55,690 nt of DNA from Paracoccaceae bacterium (GTDB taxonomy: Bacteria; Pseudomonadota; Alphaproteobacteria; Rhodobacterales; Rhodobacteraceae), in NCBI GenBank assembly GCA_024644285.1, contig JAHELH010000001.1, positions 10,414 through 66,103 of the forward strand, read 5' to 3'. The translations under genes were made by a program, and so were the position numbers. Shown one piece after another: positions 1-10,897 of this stretch. The notes under the pieces were generated by a model. It was not told where the DNA came from. It searched no databases and was given only the letters and a program-made list of their open reading frames with translations. Numbering within the stretch: the first letter of the stretch is position 1; every line of letters starts with the position of its first letter.

Positions 1-76
1 TGGCCGGGCAAGCGGCCGCCGCCGGTTTGATCCGCGTCAAGGAACCCGCGGGCGAACGGCCTCTAGGATTGCGGCG

Positions 77-862
77 ATGACTGGGCCCGCCGACACCACC
101 CCGCCGCCATCCGACCTGCCCGAGGTGGGCCGGATCACGCTGCACGAGTTGCTGACAGTGCTGAAGATGGGGTTGTACGATTTCCGGCGCGCGCCGCTTT
201 ACGGCCTGTTCTTCAGCCTGGTCTACGTCGTGGCCGGATTCGCCCTGGTGATGCTGGGCGCGGATACCTTCGGCTGGACCCTGGTCGTGTCCTTGGGATT
301 TCCCCTGGTGGCGCCGTTTGCGGCGGTGGGGCTATACGAGGTCAGCCGCCGGCTGGAGGCGGCAGAGCCGCTTGACTGGGTCGGGGTGCTGGGCGTCGTG
401 GCGGCAGAGCGGCGCCGGCAGATTCCCTGGGTCGGGGCGATCCTGGTGATCGCGTTCCTGTTCTGGACCTTCCTGGCGCACATGATCTTCGCGCTGTTCA
501 TGGGGCTGTCGGCGATGACCAATGTCAGCTCGTCGCTGGAGATCCTGCTGACCCGCGAAGGGTTGACGATGCTGGCAGTAGAGATGGCCGTCGGCGGGGC
601 GTTCGCGTTCCTGCTCTTCTCGCTCACGGTGGTCAGCCTGCCGCTTCTGCTGGAGAAGGAGCTGGATTTCATCACGGCGATGCTGCTCAGTCTCGAGGTG
701 GTGAAGGCCAACCCGGTGGTGATGATGATCTGGGCGCTGATCCTGGCCAGCCTGCTGATCCTGGGAATGCTGCCGGCCTTCCTGGGGCTGTTCATCGTGC
801 TGCCGGTGCTGGGCCATGCCAGCTGGCACCTTTATCGGCGCGCGCTGTACCACGCGGTCTGA
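77..862 (+). CDS. DUF2189-family integral membrane protein
   Basis: 261-aa ORF with multiple hydrophobic helices and a GLYEVSRR-type motif that I associate with DUF2189. The frame stays open to the window edge, so the true start could lie upstream. Confidence 0.75.
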   Translation: MTGPADTTPPPSDLPEVGRITLHELLTVLKMGLYDFRRAPLYGLFFSLVYVVAGFALVMLGADTFGWTLVVSLGFPLVAPFAAVGLYEVSRRLEAAEPLDWVGVLGVVAAERRRQIPWVGAILVIAFLFWTFLAHMIFALFMGLSAMTNVSSSLEILLTREGLTMLAVEMAVGGAFAFLLFSLTVVSLPLLLEKELDFITAMLLSLEVVKANPVVMMIWALILASLLILGMLPAFLGLFIVLPVLGHASWHLYRRALYHAV

Positions 863-904
863 CCCCCGGCCGGGCCGACGGTCCGGAGCACCATGCCGCC
901 ATGA

Positions 905-942
905 TAGAAAGGGCGCCGCCCCTTGGCGACGCCCTATTTGGT
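905..942. terminator. Bidirectional rho-independent terminator between convergent genes
   Basis: GGGCGCCGCC-CCTT-GGCGACGCCC hairpin at 911-934 (10 bp, one mismatch). It is flanked by an A-rich run upstream and TATTTGGTT downstream. Confidence 0.5.
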
Positions 943-983
943 TGTCCCTCGCTTGTCTTCGCGAATTGCGCGCTCGATGCGCT

Positions 984-1523
984 TTAGGTCTTGGCCTCGG
1001 CCGGCTTGGGCGCCGGCTGCGCCGCGGCGGCGGGGCGCGCGGCGGAAGGCGGGGCGGGCCGCTGGCCGCCGCTGCTGGACAGCGGGTCGTCCTGGCGCTG
1101 CACCGAGCCCTCGAAATGCGCACCGCTTTCGATGGCGATGGTCTTGTGGATGATGTCCCCCTCGACCCGGGCGGTCGAGGTCAGCCGGACCTTCAGACCG
1201 CGCACCCGGCCGACGATGCGGCCATTGACGACGACGTCGTCGGCCACCACCTCGCCCTTGATCGTGGCGCCCTCACCGATGGTCAGGAGGTGGGCGCGGA
1301 TGTCGCCCTCGACCGTGCCCTCGACCTGGATGTCGCCCGTCGTCTTCATGTTGCCGGTCACCACAAGGTCGGCCGACAGGGTCGATGCCGGCGGCTTGGC
1401 CTTGGGAGTGGACGGCGTGAATTCCGCGCTGGGGCGCGGAGGCGCCGTCTCGGACGACGGCTTGGACTGTTCGTCCCCGGCGGGCTTGGCGCCGGGCTCG
1501 TTGATTCTGCTTTTAGAAAACAT
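984..1523 (-). CDS. Bactofilin (polymer-forming cytoskeletal protein, DUF583)
   Basis: 179 aa. The central beta-helix repeat pattern (GDIQVEGTVEGDI, GEVVADDVVVNGRIVG, VEGDIIHKTIAIESGAHFEG) is flanked by Pro/Ala-rich tails. The start overlaps the upstream M23 gene stop by 11 nt. Confidence 0.9.
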   Translation of the reverse strand: MFSKSRINEPGAKPAGDEQSKPSSETAPPRPSAEFTPSTPKAKPPASTLSADLVVTGNMKTTGDIQVEGTVEGDIRAHLLTIGEGATIKGEVVADDVVVNGRIVGRVRGLKVRLTSTARVEGDIIHKTIAIESGAHFEGSVQRQDDPLSSSGGQRPAPPSAARPAAAAQPAPKPAEAKT

Positions 1524-2853
1524 CTCTCGCTGCCTTGATGTAGGTCATCGGGTTGACGGGCTTTCCGCCGACGCGAACTTCGTAGTGAAGGTGAACGCCC
1601 GTGGACCGGCCAGTGCTTCCCATATCACCTATCCTGTCCCCGCGCGAGACCCTTTGCCCGACATTCACGCGAATTTTCGACATATGCGCATAGCGCGTCT
1701 CGATTCCGAATTCGTGCTGGATCTTCACCATCAGGCCGTAGCCCGATTGCCGTCCTGCATGAATGACAACCCCATCGGCCGTCGAATAGATCGGCGTGCC
1801 GTGGCTGGCGGCGAAATCGGTGCCGTTATGCATCCGTCCCCAGCGCGGGCCGAACCCGCTGGTGAAGCGGAACGCCGACTTCACCGGCATCGCGAACGGG
1901 GTCTTCTGCAACGCGATGCGATAGAGATTCATCCGGTCCATGCGCTCGAGGATGGAATTGGCGCGCAGGCTGTCGGGGTCGGCATCCTTGCCCTTGGTCG
2001 AGAATTTCAGCGGCGTCAGCGGGCCGCCCTGGCCGGAATAGCCGCGGCGGACGCTTTCCAGGATCGTTTCGGTGGGCAGGCCGGCGGCGCGGAACATCTT
2101 GTCCAGCGGGGTCAACGAGATGCTGACCGCATCCTCGAGCTGGCTGAAGATCTGCGCGTTTCGCTGTTCCATCATCTTGGCTTCGACGATCAGCCGATCC
2201 TTTTCCAGCGCGGCCTCGGCCGCGGCATGGGCCATCAGATCGCGCTCGGCGGCGGCGCCGTTCAGGGCCATGGCCAGGAAATCCACGGTCTTTTCGACAT
2301 CCGCCGGCACCTCTTCGCCGCCATTGGCGCCGTTCGCGCCCAGATCGGCCAGCGCGACCTCTGTCTCGGCGCGGGCGGCGTCGCGTTCCTTCATGGTGCG
2401 ACGCAGCGTTGCCTGTATGACGTCGATGCCGGTTTCCAGCTCTTTGCGGCGGTCTTCCGAACTGAGCAGGGCCGACTGCATCGCCGAGACCTGCGCCAGG
2501 GCAGCGTTGAAGCGTTCCTGCGCCTGGCGGGCCTCTTCGGCCCGATGGTCGCGGTCCTGCGAAAGGGCGTTCAGCCTCTGTTCGTAAAGCGCCTGCTCGC
2601 GCGCGGCCTGATCGCGCAGGCTGCCCGAGCCGATGCTGTCCATCAACAGGATGGCGGTGGCGATGATGGTCCAGGCGACGAACGCCGTGCTGCCGGTCCA
2701 GGCGACGAGTTGCGTACCGGGGCCCAGCCGGATGAACTTCGTTTCGTTTTCCGAACGCAGGAAGATGCGTTGCTCCGGAAAGGCACGCTCTAGCGCGGCG
2801 TGCAGGCGATGGCTGAGTCCGATTCTCACAAGTCGAAGTCCCTGTTGCCCCAT
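1513..2853 (-). CDS. M23 (LytM-type) metallopeptidase with N-terminal TM helix and coiled coil
   Basis: 446 aa. The C-terminal domain carries HNGTDFAA, YGLMVKIQH and GVHLHYEV zinc-ligand motifs. There is a TM segment near residue 55 and a long Ala/Glu/Arg coiled-coil region. Confidence 0.9.
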   Translation of the reverse strand: MGQQGLRLVRIGLSHRLHAALERAFPEQRIFLRSENETKFIRLGPGTQLVAWTGSTAFVAWTIIATAILLMDSIGSGSLRDQAAREQALYEQRLNALSQDRDHRAEEARQAQERFNAALAQVSAMQSALLSSEDRRKELETGIDVIQATLRRTMKERDAARAETEVALADLGANGANGGEEVPADVEKTVDFLAMALNGAAAERDLMAHAAAEAALEKDRLIVEAKMMEQRNAQIFSQLEDAVSISLTPLDKMFRAAGLPTETILESVRRGYSGQGGPLTPLKFSTKGKDADPDSLRANSILERMDRMNLYRIALQKTPFAMPVKSAFRFTSGFGPRWGRMHNGTDFAASHGTPIYSTADGVVIHAGRQSGYGLMVKIQHEFGIETRYAHMSKIRVNVGQRVSRGDRIGDMGSTGRSTGVHLHYEVRVGGKPVNPMTYIKAARDVF

Positions 2854-3000
2854 CCCTTTTCAGACCCGCCGCCGTCCCGGGAGCCGCAGGTTTCGGTTTG
2901 CTTAGCGACGCGTTCACGTATTCGCAACAATTTTGGCCAAATGCCCGTGATCACGACGCAAATTTGGTTACCATTGGCAATAAACCGCCGATCGCAGGCC

Positions 3001-3816
3001 TCAATTGCGGCCGTCTTCCGCGAGCGGCCAGTAGAAATCGGGCGGCAGACCGGCCTCGGCGCGCTTCTCCTCGTTGAACGGCGGTTTCAGCGGCCCGTGG
3101 AAATGCCGGCGCACGAGGTCGTGGAAGACCGGCTTGGGGTCGAGGTTCTTCCGGCCGCACAGGAAATGGAACCACTTGCTGCCATAGGCGACGTGGCCGA
3201 CCTCTTCGGCATAGATCGTCTGCAGGGCCGCGACGGCCTGCGCGTCGCCGGCCTTTTGGAAGATGTCGATCATGCCCGGCGTGACGTCGAGGCCGCGCGC
3301 CTCCAGCACCATCGGCACCACGGCCAGCCGCGCCATCAGATCGCCCGCCGTGTCCTCGGCCGCGCGCCACATGCCGGCATGGGCCGGCAGCGCGCCGTAA
3401 TGGCTGCCGCCCGCTTCAAGACAGTCGCACAGCAGGTTGAAATGTTTCGATTCTTCATCCGCCGCCTTCACCCAGTCATCGTAGAAGCCCAGCGGCATCG
3501 GCACCGCGGCAAAGCGCGCGATCACGTCCCAGTGCAGGTCGACCGCGTTCAGTTCGATATGCGCCACGGCGTGCAGCAGCGCGATGCGGCCCTCGGGCGT
3601 GCCGGGCCTGCGCCGCGGCACGTCGCGCGGCGCAAGCAGGACCGGGCGGTCGGGCCGGGCGGGGCGCGGCGGCGGATCGGCACGGCCGATCTCGACCACA
3701 TCGCCCGCGGCCCGCGCCGCAGTCCAGGCGGCGGCGTGGCGGTGCGACAGGGCGGTCTTGGCGCGGCCATCGGCGGTGGTCAGAACCTCGACCGCGGCGT
3801 GCGCCAGCGCGATCAA
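3001..3816 (-). CDS. Ferritin-like DUF455 family protein
   Basis: Contains HIELNAVDL and EEVGHVAYG diiron-like helices. The ORF track starts at 3876 inside bcp. A TTG at 3816 overlaps the bcp stop (TTGA) and is my preferred start. Confidence 0.75.
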   Translation of the reverse strand: MIALAHAAVEVLTTADGRAKTALSHRHAAAWTAARAAGDVVEIGRADPPPRPARPDRPVLLAPRDVPRRRPGTPEGRIALLHAVAHIELNAVDLHWDVIARFAAVPMPLGFYDDWVKAADEESKHFNLLCDCLEAGGSHYGALPAHAGMWRAAEDTAGDLMARLAVVPMVLEARGLDVTPGMIDIFQKAGDAQAVAALQTIYAEEVGHVAYGSKWFHFLCGRKNLDPKPVFHDLVRRHFHGPLKPPFNEEKRAEAGLPPDFYWPLAEDGRN

Positions 3817-4274
3817 AGCGCGCGCACCGTGTCGAGCACCTCGTCGACATGTCCGGGCACGCGCACCTTGCGCCACTCACGCAGGACGCGGCCATCCGGG
3901 CCGATCAGAAAGGTCGACCGCTCGATCCCCATGAAGGTCTTTCCGTACATCTTCTTTTCGGCCCAGACGCCGTAGCGTTCGCACACATCGCCTTCGGCGT
4001 CGGACAAGAGCGTCACGCCCAGCTTGTGCTTGTCGCGGAACTTGTCGTGCCTGGCGACCGGATCCTTGCTGACGCCAAGCACGCGGGCGCCGCGGGTTTC
4101 GAACTCGCCCATCCGGTCGGTGAATTCCACTGCCTCGCGGGTGCAGCCCGACGTATCGTCCTTGGGGTAGAAATACAGCACGACCGGATGGCCTTGAAGG
4201 TCGGAAAGCGTGACGTCGCCGCCACCGTCGCGGGGCAGGGTGAAGTCCGGGGCGGGCTGGCCGGTGAGAGTCAT
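3813..4274 (-). CDS. bcp: Thioredoxin-dependent peroxiredoxin Bcp
   Basis: MTLTGQPAPDF N-terminus and the FYPKDDTSGCT peroxidatic-Cys motif. Trimmed from the 195-aa track ORF to the Met at residue 43. Confidence 0.9.
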   Translation of the reverse strand: MTLTGQPAPDFTLPRDGGGDVTLSDLQGHPVVLYFYPKDDTSGCTREAVEFTDRMGEFETRGARVLGVSKDPVARHDKFRDKHKLGVTLLSDAEGDVCERYGVWAEKKMYGKTFMGIERSTFLIGPDGRVLREWRKVRVPGHVDEVLDTVRAL

Positions 4275-4348
4275 GGCAAACGTGTTCCTTGATGTTACTA
4301 TCGTGGCGTTCAGTTCTAGGCAGGTTCTCGCGCAGTTAAAGGCCCGAG

Positions 4349-7300
4349 ATGCGGGGATCGCCGAAGCGGAGGCGCATGGGCGACACGGCCAGCAATTCAC
4401 CCGACGCGGCGGGCGCGCGCAAGCCGCGCTACCGGCGCAAGCGGTTCTGGTTCGGGCTGTTCCTGATCTTCGCCGCCATCGGCCTGGCGGGGCTGGTCCT
4501 TTCAGCCACCGGGGTTTCGGTCAGCGTGCCGGACTGGGCCACCCGCAAGCTGGAGGACCGGATCAACGCGGAATTCGACGCCGGCCGCGTGTCGATCCGC
4601 GACGTGCGCCTGATGGTCGATCCGACGGGCCGGCCGCGCGTCCGGATGAACGATGTCGGGCTCTACGACCGGCGCGGGGTGGAGATGGCGCGCCTGAACG
4701 AATTGCGCGTCCGGTTCGCCGCACGGGACCTGATGCGCGGCCAGGCAACGATGAAGACGTTGCGCCTGTCCGGCGCGCAGATCACCATGCGACGGCGCAC
4801 GAACGGCGAGTTCGACCTGTCGCTGGGCGACGCCGGGGCCGGGGCGACGGGGGATCTGGCGGCGATGCTGGACGGGCTTGACCGGGCGTTCGCCGATCCG
4901 GCGCTGGAGGCGCTGGACGAGGTCACGGCTGACCAGGTGACGATCACGCTCGAGGACAGCCGCTCGGGCCGCATCTGGCAGGTGACGGATGGCGAGATCA
5001 AGCTGAAGCAGTCCGAAGACAGCCTTGACCTTACGGTCTCGGCGGACGTGTTCAACGGCACCGAGGAACTGGCGACGGCGGTGATCGGGTTCACGACCGA
5101 GAAGGGGTCGCCCAAGGCCAGCCTGACCGCCACCTTCGAAAACGCCGCTGCGGCGGACATCGCGGCGCAATCGCCGGTTCTGTCGTTCCTGTCGTTGCTC
5201 GACGCGCCGATTTCCGGCGCGCTGCGCGCCACGCTCGACGCCGAGGGCACGCTCGACGGGCTGGCGGGCACGCTGGAGGTTGGCGGCGGGGTGGTGCAGC
5301 CGGAACCGGGAACCAGGCCCATCGTCTTCGATGGCGGGCGCGCCTATGTCGCCTATGACGCCGCCGACAACACGATCGCGCTCAGCCAGGTCTCGGTGCA
5401 GACCGGCGCGGCGCGCGCCATTGCGGACGGGCGCGCCTTTCTGGGCGATTTCGAGGCCGGCTGGCCTGCAACCCTGGTCGGTCAGTTCTCGCTGGCCGAC
5501 GTCGAGATCGAGCCGGAAGACGTGTTTTCCGAACCGATGCGGTTCGCCAAGGGCGCGGTCGATTTCCGCCTGCGCCTCGATCCGTTCGCGGTCGAAGTCG
5601 GCCAGGTGGCCCTGATCAACGGCGATCAGCGGTTTTCGGCCCGCGGGCGCATTCTGGCCGAACGCACGGGCTGGGACGTGGCAATGGATGTCGGGCTGAA
5701 CTCGATCCCGCTGGAGCGCATGCTGGCGCTGTGGCCGGTGGCCGTCGTCCCCGGCACGCGCAAATGGCTGTCGGAGAACATCATATCCGGCGAGATCGCC
5801 GACGTGACCGCGGCGGTTCGGCTGTCGCCCGGGGCAGAACCGCAGATCTCGCTGAACTACGCGTTCAGCGGCGCGGACGTGAAATTCATGCGCACGCTGC
5901 CGCCGATCACCGGCGGCGCCGGCTATGCCACGCTGCAGAATACCAGCTACACCACAGTGATCGAGGCGGGCGAGATCGCGGCCCCCAATGGCGGCGCCAT
6001 CGACGTGGCGGGATCGGTGTTCCACATCGCCGACGTGACGCGGAAGCCCGGGCGCGCCGAAATCACGCTGCGCACCGACAGTTCGATCACCGCGGCGCTG
6101 TCGCTGCTGGACCTGCCGCCCTTCGAGTTGATGACCAAGGCGTCCTTGGCAACCGATCTGGCCGAGGGCCGGGCGGTGGTGCGGTCGGACATCTCGTTCG
6201 ATCTGCTGCCGGTCATCGAATTGCCCGGCGTTTCCTATTCGGTCGCCGGCGATCTGCTGGACGTGACCTCTGACAAGCTGGTGCCGAAGCATCCGATCAG
6301 CGCGGACAGCCTGAGCCTGAGCGCCAGCCGCGAGGGCATCACGATCGAGGGTCCGGGGCGTTTCGGCGCGGTTCCGGTGACCGCCTCCTGGAGCCAGGAA
6401 TTCGGACCCGAAAGCCGCAAGGGCAGCCGGATCGAGGGGACGGTCGAGCTGAGCCAGACCATGCTTGACGAGTTCGACATCGGCCTGCCGCCCGGCTCGG
6501 TCAGTGGCAAGGGCGTCGCCCGGATCGCGGTCGATCTGAGGCGCGATGCGCCGCCGGTCTTCGCGCTGAGCTCGGACACGGCCGGGGTCGGACTGTCGCT
6601 GGCGGCCGTGAACTGGAGCAAGTCTCGCAAGCGCAAAGCCGCGCTGGAGATCAGTGGCCGTCTGGGCAAGAACCCCGCGATCGACCGGCTGTCGATCGAC
6701 GCGCCGGGCCTGAAGGCCAGCGGCGTCATCGACCTGACGCCGGCGGGCGGACTGGCGCGGGCGCAGTTCGACCGGGTGCGGCTGGGCGGCTGGCTGGACG
6801 GCCCGGTCACGCTGCGCGGCCGCGGGCCGGGGCGGACCCCCGGCGTCGTCATGGGTGGCGGGTCGATCGATCTGCGCCGGGCGACCCTGGGCACGTCCGG
6901 CGGCGGACGCGGCGGCGGCGGGCCGATCGCGCTGACGCTCAACAGGCTGACGATTTCCGAAGGCATCTCGCTGACCTCGTTCCGGGGTGAGTTCCGCAAC
7001 GACGTCGGGCTCGACGGCACCTTTACCGGGCGGGTGAACGGCGGCACCCCGATCCGCGGCACACTGGTGCCGACGCGGACCGGCAGCGCAGTACGCATCC
7101 TCAGCGACGATGCCGGCGGCGCCATCGCCTCTGCCGGCATCCTGCGCAACGCGCGCGGCGGCAGCATGCAGCTGACACTGAACCCGACGGGCGCCGACGG
7201 CACCTATCGCGGGCAGCTGACGGTGCGCGGCACGCGGATCATCGAGGCCCCGGCGATGACCGACCTGCTATCCGCGATCAGCATCGTTGGCCTGCTGGAC

Positions 7301-7657
7301 CAGATGAATTCGGGCGGCATCACCATGTCCGAGGTGACGGGCGAATTCCAACTGACCCCCAACCGCCTGACGCTATACCGGTCCAGCGCCGTGGGGCCCT
7401 CGATCGGCGTCTCGCTCGACGGGTATGTGGATCTGCAGCGCGAGCTTATCGACATGCAGGGGGTAATCTCGCCGGTCTATTTCCTCAACGGCATCGGGCA
7501 GATCTTCTCACGCCGCGGCGAGGGGCTGTTCGGCTTCAATTTCCGGCTGACGGGGGCGATGCGCGACCCGAACGTGGCGGTCAACCCGCTGTCGATCCTG
7601 ACGCCGGGGATGTTCCGCGAGATCTTCCGCCGCGCGCCGCCGCAGCCCCGGCAATGA
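4349..7657 (+). CDS. AsmA-like / YhdP-type large envelope protein (DUF3971-like)
   Basis: 1102 aa with an N-terminal basic region plus one TM helix and a long beta-rich body. The C-terminal motif ([12 protein letters not shown]...[18 protein letters not shown]) is typical of the AsmA-like C-terminal region. Its stop overlaps the queA start. Confidence 0.8.
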   Translation: MRGSPKRRRMGDTASNSPDAAGARKPRYRRKRFWFGLFLIFAAIGLAGLVLSATGVSVSVPDWATRKLEDRINAEFDAGRVSIRDVRLMVDPTGRPRVRMNDVGLYDRRGVEMARLNELRVRFAARDLMRGQATMKTLRLSGAQITMRRRTNGEFDLSLGDAGAGATGDLAAMLDGLDRAFADPALEALDEVTADQVTITLEDSRSGRIWQVTDGEIKLKQSEDSLDLTVSADVFNGTEELATAVIGFTTEKGSPKASLTATFENAAAADIAAQSPVLSFLSLLDAPISGALRATLDAEGTLDGLAGTLEVGGGVVQPEPGTRPIVFDGGRAYVAYDAADNTIALSQVSVQTGAARAIADGRAFLGDFEAGWPATLVGQFSLADVEIEPEDVFSEPMRFAKGAVDFRLRLDPFAVEVGQVALINGDQRFSARGRILAERTGWDVAMDVGLNSIPLERMLALWPVAVVPGTRKWLSENIISGEIADVTAAVRLSPGAEPQISLNYAFSGADVKFMRTLPPITGGAGYATLQNTSYTTVIEAGEIAAPNGGAIDVAGSVFHIADVTRKPGRAEITLRTDSSITAALSLLDLPPFELMTKASLATDLAEGRAVVRSDISFDLLPVIELPGVSYSVAGDLLDVTSDKLVPKHPISADSLSLSASREGITIEGPGRFGAVPVTASWSQEFGPESRKGSRIEGTVELSQTMLDEFDIGLPPGSVSGKGVARIAVDLRRDAPPVFALSSDTAGVGLSLAAVNWSKSRKRKAALEISGRLGKNPAIDRLSIDAPGLKASGVIDLTPAGGLARAQFDRVRLGGWLDGPVTLRGRGPGRTPGVVMGGGSIDLRRATLGTSGGGRGGGGPIALTLNRLTISEGISLTSFRGEFRNDVGLDGTFTGRVNGGTPIRGTLVPTRTGSAVRILSDDAGGAIASAGILRNARGGSMQLTLNPTGADGTYRGQLTVRGTRIIEAPAMTDLLSAISIVGLLDQMNSGGITMSEVTGEFQLTPNRLTLYRSSAVGPSIGVSLDGYVDLQRELIDMQGVISPVYFLNGIGQIFSRRGEGLFGFNFRLTGAMRDPNVAVNPLSILTPGMFREIFRRAPPQPRQ

Positions 7658-8721
7658 AGCTTTCGGATTTCGACTTTGACCTGCCGGAGGACCGGATCGC
7701 CACGCGGCCGGCGCGGCCGCGATCCTCGGCGCGGCTTCTGGTGGCGGGACCAGACTGGATCGAGGATGCGCATGTCTTCGATCTGGGGCGCTATCTGCGG
7801 CCCGGCGACCGGCTGGTTCTGAACGACACAAGGGTCATTCCGGCGCGGCTGAGCGGGCTGCGGCACCGCGAAAGCGCGCAGGGCCCGGTGGCGGCGCGGA
7901 TCGAGGCGACCTTGCTCGAGCCCGACCCGGGCGGCGGCTGGCGCGCCCTGGTCAAGCCCCTGCGGAAAGTGGAGCCGGGGGAAGAAATCATCTTTTCCAG
8001 GGATTTGTCGGCGACAGTCGAGGCGAAGGGAGACGGGCAGGCCGTGCTGGCCTTCAACCTGAGCGGTGAGAATTTCGATGCCGCCCTGGCGGAAGCCGGC
8101 GCGATGCCGCTGCCGCCGTATATCGCCGCAAAGCGCCCCGCCGACGAGGCCGACAAGCAGGATTACCAGACGGTCTGGGCGGACCGGCCCGGCGCGGTCG
8201 CCGCGCCCACCGCCAGCCTGCATTTCGACCGGCCGCTTCTGGACGCGCTGGCGGCGCAGGGCGTCGCGTTCACCCGCGTCACGCTGCACGTGGGTGCGGG
8301 GACCTTCCTGCCGGTAAAGGTCGACGACGTACGGCACCACAGGATGCACGCCGAATGGGGCGAGGTCAGCGAGGCCGCTGCGGCCGAAATCAATGCGACG
8401 AAAACCGCGGGCGGGCGGATCATCCCGGTGGGGACCACCGCGCTGCGCCTGATCGAGAGCGCGGCCCGGGCGGGACGCATCGCACCCTGGCGCGGCCCCA
8501 CCGACATCTTCATCACCCCAGGCTACGAATTCCGGATCACAGACGCGCTGATGACGAATTTCCACCTGCCGAGATCGACGCTGCTGATGCTGGTCTCGGC
8601 GCTGATGGGGCGTGAGCGGATTTTGGCCGTCTACGATCACGCCATCGCGGAGGGCTATCGCTTTTTCTCTTACGGCGACGCATCGCTTTTGCTACCGGGC
8701 GAGCAGAAACGACGCCGCTGA
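7654..8721 (+). CDS. queA: S-adenosylmethionine:tRNA ribosyltransferase-isomerase
   Basis: [21 protein letters not shown]-terminus, plus PPYI and [14 protein letters not shown] motifs characteristic of QueA. Confidence 0.95.
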   Translation: MKLSDFDFDLPEDRIATRPARPRSSARLLVAGPDWIEDAHVFDLGRYLRPGDRLVLNDTRVIPARLSGLRHRESAQGPVAARIEATLLEPDPGGGWRALVKPLRKVEPGEEIIFSRDLSATVEAKGDGQAVLAFNLSGENFDAALAEAGAMPLPPYIAAKRPADEADKQDYQTVWADRPGAVAAPTASLHFDRPLLDALAAQGVAFTRVTLHVGAGTFLPVKVDDVRHHRMHAEWGEVSEAAAAEINATKTAGGRIIPVGTTALRLIESAARAGRIAPWRGPTDIFITPGYEFRITDALMTNFHLPRSTLLMLVSALMGRERILAVYDHAIAEGYRFFSYGDASLLLPGEQKRRR

Positions 8722-8797
8722 GTCGCAACCGAACCTGCGGACGCGGCGCCGGCGCTTTCCAATTGCTCCGTCACGCGGAAAAAACCCGAGGCTGCTT

Positions 8798-10063
8798 GTG
8801 GTACAGGTCCTGAAAGATTCCTGGGCGTTGCTGCTCGGGATCGGTTTCCTGATGATCGGCAACGGTCTGCAGGCGACGCTGATGGGCGTGCGCGGCAATA
8901 TCGAGGGCTTCACCACCTTCGAATTGTCGATCGTGACCTCGGCCTATTTCGCGGGCTTTCTTGGCGGCTCGCGGGCGACGCCGGGACTGATCCGGCGCGT
9001 CGGCCACGTGCGGGTCTTCGCCGCGCTGGGGTCGTTCATCTCGGCGGCGCTGATCCTGTTTCCGGTGCTCACCGATCCCTGGGCCTGGGCCGGGCTGCGC
9101 CTGATCATCGGGTTCGGCTTTTCCGGGGTCTACGTCACCGCCGAAAGCTGGCTGAACAACGCCACCAGCAACGAGACGCGGGGGCAGACGCTGTCGGCCT
9201 ACATGGTCGTGCAGATGGCCGGGATCGTGACCGGTCAGGCGATCCTGTCGCAGGGCGATCCGTCCGGCTACATCCTGTTCATCATTCCTTCGGTCCTGGT
9301 CTCGATCTCTTTCGCACCGATCCTGCTGACCGTCGCGCCGGCGCCCGCCTTCGAATCCACCAAGCCGATGAGCCTGGTCCAGCTGTTCCACAATTCGCCG
9401 CTGACATTCATCTCGATGATCCTGCTGGGCGGCGTGTTCTCGGCGCTGTTCGGCATGGGCTCGGTCTATGCCTCTGCGATCGGGCTCAGCGTGGGGCAGG
9501 TCTCGACCTTCATCGCGATGATCTTTGTCGGGCCGATGGTGCTGCAATACCCGATCGGCTGGATCTCGGACCGGATGGACCGCCGCCGCCTGATCTTCAT
9601 GGTCGCGACGGTCGGCGGCGTGGCGGCGATCGCGGGGTACCTGCTGGGCGACAGCTATACGATGCTGCTGATCGTGGCCTTCATCCTGGGCGGTACGGCA
9701 AACCCGCTCTACTCACTTGTGATCGCCTATCTCAATGACTACCTGCAGCCCGAGGACATGGCGGCCGCCTCGGGCGGGCTGATCTTCATCAACGGGCTCG
9801 GGGCCATAGCCGGGCCGATTTTCGTGGGCTGGCTGATGGGCGTGATCGGCACCGAGGGTTTCTGGCTGACCTTGGCCTTTCTGATGCTGGCCATCGCGTC
9901 CTACGCGCTGTACCGGATGACCCAGCGCGCCGCGCCCAGCGTCGAAGACACCGCGTCCTACAAGGCGGTGCTGCCGACATCGAGCCCGGTTTGGGTCGAG
10001 GCGGCAGGCGAATGGGCCATCGAACAGGCGGAAGACAACGAGAACCTGTCGGGGAACGTATAG
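8798..10063 (+). CDS. MFS transporter
   Basis: About 12 hydrophobic helices. GTG at 8798 is preceded by GAGG 6 nt upstream. The track ORF start at 8612 lies inside queA. Confidence 0.85.
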   Translation: MVQVLKDSWALLLGIGFLMIGNGLQATLMGVRGNIEGFTTFELSIVTSAYFAGFLGGSRATPGLIRRVGHVRVFAALGSFISAALILFPVLTDPWAWAGLRLIIGFGFSGVYVTAESWLNNATSNETRGQTLSAYMVVQMAGIVTGQAILSQGDPSGYILFIIPSVLVSISFAPILLTVAPAPAFESTKPMSLVQLFHNSPLTFISMILLGGVFSALFGMGSVYASAIGLSVGQVSTFIAMIFVGPMVLQYPIGWISDRMDRRRLIFMVATVGGVAAIAGYLLGDSYTMLLIVAFILGGTANPLYSLVIAYLNDYLQPEDMAAASGGLIFINGLGAIAGPIFVGWLMGVIGTEGFWLTLAFLMLAIASYALYRMTQRAAPSVEDTASYKAVLPTSSPVWVEAAGEWAIEQAEDNENLSGNV

Positions 10064-10249
10064 CCGGATCTCCCCTTGTGCTGATCGATCTTGTGAACCG
10101 ATGAAACACCCCGCAACAAGTTATGACCCGTGGACCGCTCTTTCCGTGCAACACTTTGACGCCGCGCGGGATTTCTTTTCTTGTCCACATTATATCTACA
10201 TGCAACGCTTGGCCCATTCCTGGGGCCGATCTGAGTGAGGAATGACGAG

Positions 10250-10825
10250 ATGTCGACACCGGAAGAGATCCTGGCCTACTGGCTGGACGAGGTGGGACAG
10301 GACGGCTGGTACAAGGGCGGCGAAGACCTGGACGCCGAAATCCGCGACAGGTTCGAAGCCGATTGGGACGCGGCGGTCGCGGGCGCCTACGGCATGTGGC
10401 TGACCTATCCCAGCGGGATGCTGGCCTACATCATCCTTACCGATCAGTTTCCCCGGAACATGTTCCGCGACACCTCCAGGGCGTTTGCCAGCGACAACCT
10501 GGCGCGCGCAGCGGCCAAGGTGGCGATCTCGCGCGGCTGGGACATGAAGATCGACGGCATGGCGCGGCAGTTCTTCTACATGCCGCTGATGCATTCGGAA
10601 TGCCTGTCCGACCAGGACCGGTCCGTCCGGCTGATCAAGGAACGGATGCCCGATGGCGGCGCGGCGAACCTGGTGCACGCCAAGGCCCATCGCGAAGTGA
10701 TCCGGCTGTTCGGGCGCTTCCCGACGCGCAACGCGGCACTGGACCGCAACACGACGCCGGACGAGGCCAACTTCGTGAAGACCGGCGGCTACCGCAAGGC
10801 GCTGGAGATGGTCAGCGCGGCCTGA
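10250..10825 (+). CDS. DUF924 family protein
   Basis: ILTDQFPRNMFR, FFYMPLMHSE and FGRFPTRNAAL motifs. ATG at 10250 has GAGGA 8 nt upstream. Confidence 0.85.
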   Translation: MSTPEEILAYWLDEVGQDGWYKGGEDLDAEIRDRFEADWDAAVAGAYGMWLTYPSGMLAYIILTDQFPRNMFRDTSRAFASDNLARAAAKVAISRGWDMKIDGMARQFFYMPLMHSECLSDQDRSVRLIKERMPDGGAANLVHAKAHREVIRLFGRFPTRNAALDRNTTPDEANFVKTGGYRKALEMVSAA

Positions 10826-10897
10826 GACGCACGCCTGTTGCGAACCCGCAAGCCCATGAACTAGCCTCTGCCCGAGTGAGGTTCAGGAGGGATCGCG

